Shown piece after piece: positions 19,104-27,590 of a stretch of 64,000 bases of DNA (positions are counted from its first letter, which is position 1; the number at the start of each line of letters is the position of its first letter). The stretch is from Candidatus Levyibacteriota bacterium. GTDB lineage: Bacteria; Patescibacteriota; Microgenomatia; Levybacterales; UBA12049. The notes beneath the pieces were generated by a model. That model ran no database searches. It saw nothing but the letters and a program-made list of their open reading frames with translations, and was not told the DNA's origin. A program made the translations under genes and the position numbers. The stretch covers positions 197,510 through 261,509 of the forward strand of contig JBDRBE010000004.1 of assembly GCA_043823085.1 (NCBI GenBank). The letters are read 5' to 3'.

Positions 19104-19649
19104 ATGAGACCTAAGCTTGAAATAGATTTTGAACATTTTGCTGTAATGCTATTTGGAGATAGATACTATCAATATTGCAACTGGAACACGGAAAGTAATT
19201 ATAAAAAACTTTTGAAAGAAATAGCTCATCAATTAGAGATAGTAATTAACTCACAATTTACACCATCTGATGGTTTACAAAAACAAATGATAGAATTTTC
19301 ACTAGAAAAACTTCAGCGATCACCTAAAAAAAGCAATTACGAAGCATATTACATCAAAGAGTTAGTAACAATTATTTTTTGGATATTAGGTGACTTTCCC
19401 AACAACTGGCAAAGAAAAAACCTTAGAGGTAAAAAGATAGATAATTTCCATTATTCACGAAGTTTACACTATTCTCAAACTCTTAATCAAAAGATAAATA
19501 CTATTCTTGAAGCTCATAGGCTATCTCCTTTTTCCGAAAGGATATCTTGGCATGATCTAATAGTAAAAATAGGGCAATCTGGCGGTAGGGATAAATTTAT
19601 AGATTTTTATAAAAAAACTTACCCCGATTTATATTTGAAACTATTTTAA
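19104..19649 (+). CDS. Hypothetical protein flanked by direct repeats
   Basis: GGAGGT SD and a 181-aa ORF; no family recognised. Confidence 0.75.
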   Translation: MRPKLEIDFEHFAVMLFGDRYYQYCNWNTESNYKKLLKEIAHQLEIVINSQFTPSDGLQKQMIEFSLEKLQRSPKKSNYEAYYIKELVTIIFWILGDFPNNWQRKNLRGKKIDNFHYSRSLHYSQTLNQKINTILEAHRLSPFSERISWHDLIVKIGQSGGRDKFIDFYKKTYPDLYLKLF

Positions 19650-19650
19650 T

Positions 19651-19731
19651 ATGATTACTTATTCAATAATCCAAAAATCTCAACTTGATGGTTCGACAAG
19701 CTCGCCACAAGAGGAGCACTTTATTTTATGA
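19651..19731 (+). pseudogene. Remnant duplicate of the S-subunit N-terminus
   Basis: MITYSIIQKSQLDG versus MISYSIINKSQLEG of the downstream S subunit; ends in an ATGA overlap with it. Confidence 0.7.
19687..19715. repeat. Hairpin repeat copy (right direct repeat)
   Basis: GATGGTTCGACAAGCTCGCCACAAGAGGA. Confidence 0.85.
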
Positions 19732-21098
19732 TTTCATATTCAATCATTAACAAAAGTCAGTTAGAGGGAGCCTCGCGGCTGGATGCGGAATATTATCAGC
19801 CGGAATATTTAACCCTTGCTCAAAAACTAAGAGAGCTTAGTCTCCCCAGAATAAGCAAACTAGGTTTAGCTGTTGATGCGAGCGCTTTTTATCCATCAAT
19901 AGCAGAATACTATACTAGCGATGGGATCCCTTTTGTCAGGGTTGCAGATGTTGTAAATTTTCAATTGATTGAGGATGATTTATTGTTCTTGCCCAAAAAA
20001 ATTGCTGAGCAATATAAAACATTACGAAAAGGTAAGCCGGGAGATATTATTATCACAAAAGGTGGTACTGTAGGAAACGCAGCTCTCCTCCCTAAAAAAT
20101 ATCCAGAATACGCATTGAGCAGAGATATTATTTTTATTAGAACCTCAAAACTTCCAGAAGAGCTAGCAATAACAATTCTTCTATTTTTAAATTCAAAGTT
20201 TGGAATTTTTCAGTTGCTAAGAGGCGCAAGTCAGCAAATTCAACAACATTTAACTTTCCCATTTATTCGAGACTTAAATGTTCCCAAAATTGCCATTTAT
20301 GAAGCAGTAGAACTTTATCGAAAGGGGCTTGATGAATACGAAAATTCGAAATCTTTATACGCTAAAGCCGAGAATTTGCTTCTGGAGGAGTTGGGATTAA
20401 AAGATTTTCAAGTTGAAGATGATTTGAGTTTTGTTGTAAATCTTTCAGATGTAAAATCTGCAAACCGAGTTGATGCGGAACACTTTCAGCCGAAATATGA
20501 TAAATTATTGGAAAAAATTAAGCAAAATAAATGTCAAGTTTTAACAAGTATAATAGAAAACGTCAACGCAAAATTTGATCCTATTAAAACTCCAGATTCG
20601 GAATTTAAATATGTTGAATTAGCAAACATTAACTCATCTATAGGAGTTATTGATGGTTATACTGAAGTTTTAGGCAAAGAAGCCCCAAGCAGAGCAAAAA
20701 GATTATTAAAAAAAGACGATGTAATTGTTTCAAGCATTGAGGGATCTCTAGAAAAAGTTGCTCTAGCGGATGAGGAGCAAGATGGTTATATTGCTTCAAC
20801 CGGGTTTTTCCAATTTAGATCAAAAGAGTTATTACCGGAGGTAATTTTAATTTTTGCAAAAAGCATGGTTTTACAGTGGCAGTTTAAAAAACATTGTGCA
20901 GGTACGATATTAACAGCAGTTCCCGGCGAAGCTTTACAAAAAATGTTTATTCCAATAATTTCAAAACCCACCCAACAAAAAATTGCGGAATTGGTGAGGA
21001 AATCACATGAGGCAAGGAAAAAATCAAAAGAGCTTTTAGAAGAAGCGAAAAGAAAAGTTGAGACTTCGATAGAAACTCAGTCTAAAAGAAATGATTGA
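19728..21098 (+). CDS. hsdS: R-M specificity (S) subunit with two TRDs
   Basis: Repeated RLDAEYYQP/RVDAEHFQP, GDIIITKGGTVG and QQKIAELV motifs. Confidence 0.88.
   Translation: MISYSIINKSQLEGASRLDAEYYQPEYLTLAQKLRELSLPRISKLGLAVDASAFYPSIAEYYTSDGIPFVRVADVVNFQLIEDDLLFLPKKIAEQYKTLRKGKPGDIIITKGGTVGNAALLPKKYPEYALSRDIIFIRTSKLPEELAITILLFLNSKFGIFQLLRGASQQIQQHLTFPFIRDLNVPKIAIYEAVELYRKGLDEYENSKSLYAKAENLLLEELGLKDFQVEDDLSFVVNLSDVKSANRVDAEHFQPKYDKLLEKIKQNKCQVLTSIIENVNAKFDPIKTPDSEFKYVELANINSSIGVIDGYTEVLGKEAPSRAKRLLKKDDVIVSSIEGSLEKVALADEEQDGYIASTGFFQFRSKELLPEVILIFAKSMVLQWQFKKHCAGTILTAVPGEALQKMFIPIISKPTQQKIAELVRKSHEARKKSKELLEEAKRKVETSIETQSKRND
21061..21083. repeat. Hairpin repeat copy in the hsdS 3' end
   Basis: AGACT-TCGATAGAAACTC-AGTCT. 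Confidence 0.7.
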
Positions 21099-21107
21099 AA
21101 AAAGATA

Positions 21108-21317
21108 ATGAAGATAAATCTGCAACAAGAATTAAAATTTATTCATTCTGAAAAAATGAATACCGTTGACAAAAATAGTTTATCTTTTGAAATGTTAAAT
21201 ATCGCTCAAGTTTTAATATCAAATTACGCTAACGCAGAAACAAAAAAGTTAAAATCTTTTTACAGAACAATTTATTTTAAAACAAAAAATTTCTATTTAA
21301 ATCAATACAAATTGTAG
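21108..21317 (+). CDS. Small hypothetical protein
   Basis: 69-aa ORF following hsdS. Confidence 0.45.
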   Translation: MKINLQQELKFIHSEKMNTVDKNSLSFEMLNIAQVLISNYANAETKKLKSFYRTIYFKTKNFYLNQYKL

Positions 21318-21605
21318 TTATTCTAGCGGCAGATTATTCGACCATTGAATAAATTTCATACAATATTCAAAACTTCCAAAGTCACCCTCTTTTTGAGTTA
21401 TAAATACCTGACACCTATTCTTCTCGGCAGATACAGCATCTAAAAGTTCTTTATAACGATTGCTTTGCTCGCGGAGCGTTTGGACTTCCGAAAGAACCGC
21501 CTTTGCCTTTTGTTCGCTATTTACAATCCCTGAATACCAGTAATAAACACATCCTGCGATTACAACGACCACTAAAAATAGTAAAATAACTAATTTCTTC
21601 CGCAT
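21318..21605 (-). CDS. Membrane-anchored coiled-coil hypothetical protein
   Basis: N-terminal TM segment followed by a coiled coil. Confidence 0.7.
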   Translation of the reverse strand: MRKKLVILLFLVVVVIAGCVYYWYSGIVNSEQKAKAVLSEVQTLREQSNRYKELLDAVSAEKNRCQVFITQKEGDFGSFEYCMKFIQWSNNLPLE

Positions 21606-21717
21606 ATTCTTTATATCTCCAATTCTAATTATATCACAAATTACTTTCAAACATTACATTGTTCGCTTTTACATATACTTGTCAAGCAGACGAGTAGATT
21701 GGTATAATGAAGAGTAC

Positions 21718-21789
21718 GGGCCGGTAGCTCAGCGGTAGAGCAGGAGCCTTTTAAGCTCTTGGTCACAGGTTCGAATCCTGTCCGGCTCA
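21718..21789 (+). tRNA. tRNA-Lys(TTT)
   Basis: Cloverleaf with GGAGC-CT TTT AA-GCTCT anticodon arm and TTCGAAT T-loop. Confidence 0.96.
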
Positions 21790-21864
21790 CTCTTCGACTC
21801 GCACAATGCAATTGTGCTCGCTCAGAGTAAACTCGAGTCAAAGAACCCTGAGCTTGTCGAAGGG
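21789..21864. repeat. Two oppositely oriented hairpin repeat copies
   Basis: ACTCT-TCGAC...GCTC-AGAGT (21789-21828) and CCCT-GAGCTTGTCGA-AGGG (21846-21864). Confidence 0.85.
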
Positions 21865-21870
21865 CTAACA

Positions 21871-22125
21871 ATGTCTTGGTTCGTTTATATAGCTAGAGCA
21901 AAAACTAACAGATTTTATACGGGGATCACTACATGTCCTAACAAAAGGATCACAAAGCACAATTCAGGCAAGGGTTCAAGGTTTGCTATAGAACAAGGTC
22001 CATTTGAACTGATTTATAGCTCCAAAGCATTTCCAGATAAATCAGAAGCAAGAAAGAGGGAAATTCAAATTAAAGGTTGGTCAAGAGAAAAGAAATTAAA
22101 ACTAATAAGCGGGGCGTGGAAATAG
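21871..22125 (+). CDS. Stand-alone GIY-YIG nuclease
   Basis: WFVYI...FYTGIT...R...HNSG...ARKREIQIKGWSREKK. Confidence 0.9.
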   Translation: MSWFVYIARAKTNRFYTGITTCPNKRITKHNSGKGSRFAIEQGPFELIYSSKAFPDKSEARKREIQIKGWSREKKLKLISGAWK

Positions 22126-22173
22126 AATTAGAGAGACCGAATTTTTCCAATACGGTTCATCACTACCCTTTTC

Positions 22174-22299
22174 CTAATCAGGTCCATAAAAGTATTGCAT
22201 TGCTCCACAACACATAAGATAAACTAATTCCTGTATTTGTTTTAATTCTTCCTCTGATGCATTAGGATAATATTTTCGTATTACATCCAATGGTAACAT
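22174..22299 (-). CDS. Small ORF (41 aa), possibly truncated
   Basis: GAAGGTGGTGA SD-like sequence; MLPLDVIRKYYPNASEEELKQIQELVYLMCCGAMQYFYGPD*. Confidence 0.4.
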   Translation of the reverse strand: MLPLDVIRKYYPNASEEELKQIQELVYLMCCGAMQYFYGPD

Positions 22300-22428
22300 T
22301 TATAATCACCACCTTCATTCGTCAAAACTCATAGGTTTTATTTTAGAAGCGACTGAGTGTTTCAAGAAAGGAGAAAAACATCATTCAGTCTTTATTATCT
22401 GTTAAAATAGTGCTTGCTTATATAAATT

Positions 22429-23247
22429 ATGGGTGTTGAAACTTTGATAGCTAGAGAAGCTGCAAGCCTTATCACAAGAAGGCCAGATAAATTAAAACAT
22501 ACTGTTGGATTATATTTAATTTCTTTTTTAAACCCCGAAGTAAGTCGGGTTGGTAGAGCAACCTACTTCTTTATTCGTTACATGGATGATCTGCTTGATG
22601 GTAATAGAAGATTATCAAATGGATATCAAGTCCTCCCGCATATTGAAGCTATGAGGTCTCAAGTCGAAACAGGAAGATTTACAAAAGAGCCCAAAATTAT
22701 GGAGCTTGCAGAATATTCGTTAGGTGCTCTTCAAAGAAAAGCGTTGGCAAGTGATAACCCTCGACAAGATTTCCTTGATGTAATTGATATTATGGTTTTT
22801 GACTATCAGAGACTGCAAGCAAGACAAGAATTATCGGCGGAGCAATTAACAGATTATTATAAAAAAACTTTTTACCCCATACATAATATTATGTTAGTTG
22901 GGTTAGGATCAACTTTAAGAGCTACTGATATTCCCACATTTTCTCTTTGCCAGGGTCGAGTATATTCCGTTGAACATTTACAAGCAGATTGGAAAGTTGG
23001 AATTATTAATATACCAGAAGAAGTTTTGAGAACAGCTGGACTTAGTGCACAATCTCCTTATGAAACGGTAAGACAATCATCAGTAGTTAATGCTTGGGCT
23101 CGCAATGAACTTCGAGAAAGCAGAACAGAATTATTAATGCTACGAAAAATGTTTCAAGCTTCACCAGAAAGGATTACTCCAAGAATATATGGCGGCTTAA
23201 TAGGATCAATGATGGAAGTAGTAAATAGACCCTCCCCTTTTAATTAA
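22429..23247 (+). CDS. Squalene/phytoene synthase-like (isoprenoid synthase fold) protein
   Basis: YFFIRYMDDLLD (DDxxD), DYYKKT and DWKVGIINIPEE resemble the SQS/PSY family. Confidence 0.55.
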   Translation: MGVETLIAREAASLITRRPDKLKHTVGLYLISFLNPEVSRVGRATYFFIRYMDDLLDGNRRLSNGYQVLPHIEAMRSQVETGRFTKEPKIMELAEYSLGALQRKALASDNPRQDFLDVIDIMVFDYQRLQARQELSAEQLTDYYKKTFYPIHNIMLVGLGSTLRATDIPTFSLCQGRVYSVEHLQADWKVGIINIPEEVLRTAGLSAQSPYETVRQSSVVNAWARNELRESRTELLMLRKMFQASPERITPRIYGGLIGSMMEVVNRPSPFN

Positions 23248-23424
23248 CAGGAACTTGCAGAATTATCCTAAAAATTCGATATACTTTCTTCACCGAATGA
23301 TCCTAGTGGTGAAAGTACCTTACTGTTAGGGAGCGAATGTTGGCGGAAAATTTTCCGATCCATCTTGGCCGCAAGGATCGATTTAGTAGTTGCATTTTGT
23401 CATTATTTTTGATAGCATAATGTT

Positions 23425-23493
23425 GTATTTCTGAAAAGAAATACTTTAATTTGCTAACTCCCCCCGGTTCATTACGACCCGGGGGTTTTTCTT
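23425..23493 (+). ncRNA. Candidate small RNA or terminated leader upstream of the NYN gene
   Basis: TTGCAT-N17-TAGCAT promoter, GTATTTCT-GAAA-AGAAATAC hairpin, CCCCCGG/CCGGGGG stem and a T-run. Confidence 0.45.
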
Positions 23494-23523
23494 GCTTAAA
23501 ATCTTGGAATAACCTAAGATAAA

Positions 23524-24072
23524 GTGGTGAAGAAAAAAGTTTTAGTTCAGTTTGATGGCAGCAATTTCTACAAAAAAGTTAAACAGATTCTACCTCAAGT
23601 TCATTTAACTAATTTTGATTACAAAGGATTAGCAAAATCCATCACAAAAGCCACACCGGATCAAATAATTTACTATGTCGGCGAAATTAGAAAATATCCT
23701 GGCAATAAAAAGTCAGAAACTCTATATGCCAATCAACAGTAGCTATTCTTAAACTTAAGAAAGCAGGGTTTAGAAATAAAACTTGGATATCTTTTGATGT
23801 CCAATGGAAAATTTAGTGAAAAAGGCGTTGATGTTCAGATTGCTGTCGATATTGTACGCGGATCGATAAAGAATGAATTCAGTAAATTTTATCTGATTTC
23901 CTCTGATACAGATTTATTACCAGCTATTCAAACCGCAAAGGAAGAAGGGAAAGAGGTAATTTATGTTGGTTTCGAAAATTTCATCAGTCGAGCTCTACAA
24001 AAGAACTGTTCTTCTTACTTGATTTTAAAGAAAAAACAAATTCTAAAATTTGCTAAAATTAAAAGAAGTTGA
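23524..24072 (+). pseudogene. NYN-domain RNase interrupted by an in-frame TAG (23740-23742)
   Basis: The two track ORFs are in one frame and carry FDGSN, EKGVDVQI and SSDTDL motifs. Confidence 0.8.
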
Positions 24073-24220
24073 TGTACCTACTTATGCATTTTTCAAGCCA
24101 AATAAATGGGCAAATTCGGAGTTTAGCCCTTCCTGAAGGAATAATTCACAGAATTCTCGCAGTCTGTTTAAGATATCATCCGTCTCACGCTTTGGTGAAC
24201 TCTACTTGACGCATCACTAA

Positions 24221-27031
24221 ATGGTCTGTTATGCTAAACGCAAGTTGAGCATCGCTAAAATATTTTCTTGGGCAATTTTAACTATTTGTGTTGTTGTTTT
24301 TGTCTTGTTGTTAAACATTGTTTCTCTGGTTACCGATTGGTGGTGGTATTCCGAAGTAGGATATTCCGAAATTTTCATAAAGTCCCTCAGCGCTAAAATC
24401 ATTGTGGGTTTTTCGGCTGGACTCATTGCAGCTGTTTTTCTTCTTACCAACATATTTTTTGCCCTGCGTTCTAAAATACCGTGGACAATAAAAATCCCGG
24501 AAGCTATGGTTGGCACCAGTCAGCCTTTAAGCTTGAGCAGTGGTTTATTTGGAAAACTTAGCATCATTATCAGTCTTATAATTTCTATCTTTATCGGTCT
24601 TATTGCGGCAAGTAATTGGAGCGATGTCTTGAGATTTCTCTCACAAGTCCCTTTTGATCAAAAAGATCCATTGTTTGGTCTGGATGTTTCTTTTTATGTA
24701 TTTTCGCTTCCCGTTTATTCTTTGGGGCTTAGTCTTATAAAAATTCTTCTTCTTGTATCTCTTATTGGTTGCTGTACTGCCTATATTTTGCGAGGCAGTC
24801 TTAAGCTTTCAAGTATTTTTGGTAAATTTGGTTCGCCGCAATTAACCGCAAAACCAAAGAAGCTTCATGATGCTTATTCACCAAGCGCAATACAAACCGA
24901 TAAGAAAGCCAGATTACACATCGGAATTTTATTATTTCTTTTTTTTACAGCAACTGCAGTTGGCACTCATTTTTCTATTTATGATTTGCTTATTAGTCAA
25001 AGCGGTGTTGTATTTGGTGCGGTTTTCACCGATGCAAATATTGTTATTCCTATTTTACGCGCATCTGTTTTTATTTACGGTTTCTCTGCAATTTTAGCAT
25101 TATTTTATGGAATATCCGGAAGAGTCGCGCCTCTTTTAGGTGCAGTTTTATTAACTATAATAGTCGGATTTGCATCTTCGATTTTTCCATCAATTTTTCA
25201 AAAACTGGTCGTAGCGCCAAATGAGCTTGTTAAGGAAGCTCCGTTTATCAAAAACAATATTTATGCCAGTCGCAAAGCTTATGGTTTGGACAATGTGGAA
25301 GAACGGGAAATAGCCGCAGACAAACCAATTACAGCATCCGATATCGCAGCTAACAATTTAACAATCAAAAATGTTCGGCTTTGGGACAGAGATCCGCTTC
25401 TCTCCACTTTTTCACAAATCCAGGAGATTAGAACTTATTACGAGTTCGCGTCAGTTGATAATGACCGTTACATGATTAACGATGAAATACGTCAAATCAT
25501 GCTTTCACCAAGAGAGTTGGCTTCGGATAGTCTGCCGAACAAAAATTGGATTAACGAAACGCTTACTTTTACTCACGGATATGGCGCGGCTGCCGGACCC
25601 GTAAACCAAGTTACACCGGAAGGGTTACCGGTGCTATTCGTTAAAGACTTACCTCCAAAATCTGAAGTTGAAGAACTTAAAATCACCAGACCGGAGGTTT
25701 ACTATGGAGAAATTTTAAATGATTACGTTATAGTCAAAACTAAATCTAAAGAATTCGACTATCCAAAAGGGGAAGATAATGTATACACCTCTTATGCAGG
25801 GAAGGGTGGAGTTGAGATTAATTCGTCTTTGCGTCGGATTTTCTATGCCTTACGTTTTGGTTCGTTAAAATTATTTTTATCAAGTGACGTTACCAGAGAA
25901 AGCCGTATTATTTATAATCGCAATATAAAAGAAAGAGTCAGCAAAATCGCACCTTTTCTTACTTACGACCGAGATCCATATCTTGTAATTAGCGATGGTA
26001 AACTGCGTTGGATTCTCGATGCTTACACGTCCACTGACCGTTATCCCTATTCCCAGCCGCTATCTATAGATGGAAATAAAGTAAACTACATCAGAAATTC
26101 AGTTAAGGTAGTGATTGATGCCTACGATGGGTCAGTCAAATTTTATCAAAGTGATCCTGATGATCCAATTATTAAAGCTTATTCCAAGATTTTCCCCAAA
26201 ACTTTTCAAAAGCTTTCAGATATGCCCAAAAGCCTGATCGTGCATCTTCGTTATCCCGAGGATATTTTTACTTTGCAAACTACTATTTATACTATATATC
26301 ACATGGATGATCCGCAGATTTTCTATAATAAAGAAGATCAGTGGGAAATCCCTGCTATTACTCAAGGGGATGAGCTGCAGGCGATGGATCCTCGGCACAT
26401 GATTATGAAGCTTCCCGGTGAAAAACAAGAGGAATTTATTCTAATGTTGCCATTTACGCCTAGGGCCAAAGATAATCTATCCGCATGGATGGTTGCCAGA
26501 AATGACGAAGAGCAGTATGGTAAACTTATGGTTTACCGCTTTCCCAAAGATAAATTGGTGTTTGGTCCCAAGCAGATAATCGGCCGAATTAGCCAAGATG
26601 CGCAGATCAGTCAGCAAATTTCCCTGTGGGATCAGACCGGTTCTCAAGTAATTCAGGGGCCCCTTTTGGTCATTCCGATTGAGGAATCTTTGGTTTACGT
26701 GCGGCCGCTTTATCTTAAGGCAACAACTGGTAAGATCCCGGAACTCAAACGGGTAATTGTTGCATATGAAAACAAGATTGCCATGGAGGAGACTTTGGAG
26801 GAAGGTCTGGCTAAAATCTTTGGTAATGTTGAGGGTCAAACCAAGCCATCCGAAGAAATATTTCTTCAAGCAACAGAACCAATATCCATTGATATAACTA
26901 AAGAAGACCTGCTTGAGCAAGCAAGTCAAGCGTATAAGTCCGCTATCAATGCGCAACGCGAGGGAGATTGGGGAAGGTATGGAGAGGAAATAAATACTTT
27001 GGGAGAAATACTAAACAGACTTAAACAGTAA
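24221..27031 (+). CDS. UPF0182 family membrane protein
   Basis: TDWWWY.EVGY, NVRLWD, YIRNSVKVVIDAYDG and PELKRVIV motifs. Confidence 0.92.
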   Translation: MVCYAKRKLSIAKIFSWAILTICVVVFVLLLNIVSLVTDWWWYSEVGYSEIFIKSLSAKIIVGFSAGLIAAVFLLTNIFFALRSKIPWTIKIPEAMVGTSQPLSLSSGLFGKLSIIISLIISIFIGLIAASNWSDVLRFLSQVPFDQKDPLFGLDVSFYVFSLPVYSLGLSLIKILLLVSLIGCCTAYILRGSLKLSSIFGKFGSPQLTAKPKKLHDAYSPSAIQTDKKARLHIGILLFLFFTATAVGTHFSIYDLLISQSGVVFGAVFTDANIVIPILRASVFIYGFSAILALFYGISGRVAPLLGAVLLTIIVGFASSIFPSIFQKLVVAPNELVKEAPFIKNNIYASRKAYGLDNVEEREIAADKPITASDIAANNLTIKNVRLWDRDPLLSTFSQIQEIRTYYEFASVDNDRYMINDEIRQIMLSPRELASDSLPNKNWINETLTFTHGYGAAAGPVNQVTPEGLPVLFVKDLPPKSEVEELKITRPEVYYGEILNDYVIVKTKSKEFDYPKGEDNVYTSYAGKGGVEINSSLRRIFYALRFGSLKLFLSSDVTRESRIIYNRNIKERVSKIAPFLTYDRDPYLVISDGKLRWILDAYTSTDRYPYSQPLSIDGNKVNYIRNSVKVVIDAYDGSVKFYQSDPDDPIIKAYSKIFPKTFQKLSDMPKSLIVHLRYPEDIFTLQTTIYTIYHMDDPQIFYNKEDQWEIPAITQGDELQAMDPRHMIMKLPGEKQEEFILMLPFTPRAKDNLSAWMVARNDEEQYGKLMVYRFPKDKLVFGPKQIIGRISQDAQISQQISLWDQTGSQVIQGPLLVIPIEESLVYVRPLYLKATTGKIPELKRVIVAYENKIAMEETLEEGLAKIFGNVEGQTKPSEEIFLQATEPISIDITKEDLLEQASQAYKSAINAQREGDWGRYGEEINTLGEILNRLKQ

Positions 27032-27175
27032 TTCCAACGCCTAATACATCTACTCCAAGACTTGACAAGTACAATCTTGTCTGTTTACACTAATATTGTA
27101 CTCTTAAAAAGAGTAGCCCGCTATGCAAAATGAGGCCGTGAGGATTTGCGGGCAGAAGGGAGGTGAGATATATTT

Positions 27176-27397
27176 ATGGACGAAAATAATAATCCAATAA
27201 ATCCAGCACCAAATCAACCCGTAGCTGGAGAACCAAGTCAACCAACTCCACCACCTGCTCCTCAAACAATTTGTACAAAATGTGGTGGTTCTGCCAATAA
27301 TGGAAATTGTGTTGCCTGTAATCAAAGTGTGGAAGGTTGTACATGCACACCAGTCGCAGCTGGCGGAGACACAGGACAATCTGCGCCGGCAGTATAA
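27176..27397 (+). CDS. Small Pro-rich protein with Cys cluster
   Basis: GGAGGTGA SD; CTKC, CVAC and CTC motifs. Confidence 0.7.
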   Translation: MDENNNPINPAPNQPVAGEPSQPTPPPAPQTICTKCGGSANNGNCVACNQSVEGCTCTPVAAGGDTGQSAPAV

Positions 27398-27590
27398 AGA
27401 AGATGTTTTTATTGAAAACACGCTACTCCCCAGGTTTGACACTGGGAGAGCTTGACAAGAGTTATAGCTTTATGCTTACACTATTATTGGATCTTTAACA
27501 AGACCCACATAAATATATTTTTTGCCTTAGTTCATTTGAACTGCGGTTAAAAAGAGTATTTTAAGGAGGGCGAGAAAGGAGGTGAGATAA

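Noticed and set aside
19049-19715. 29-bp direct repeats as a possible CRISPR array
   Set aside because: Only two copies about 640 bp apart with a gene between them, and no cas genes
21647-21871. 74-aa minus-strand ORF and the N-terminal extension of the GIY-YIG ORF
   Set aside because: They are translations of the tRNA-Lys antisense strand and the hairpin repeats
23740-23742. TAG recoding (alternative genetic code)
   Set aside because: TAG terminates ordinary genes here (for example lexA and pmm-adjacent genes), so a single nonsense change is simpler
15496-24072. Intact prophage or integrative element at tRNA-Lys(TTT)
   Set aside because: No integrase, phage structural gene or duplicated tRNA 3' end was found
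24829-24855. Possible ninth hairpin-repeat copy in the UPF0182 gene (TGGTTCGCCGCAATTAACC)
   Set aside because: Too degenerate to call without a covariance model
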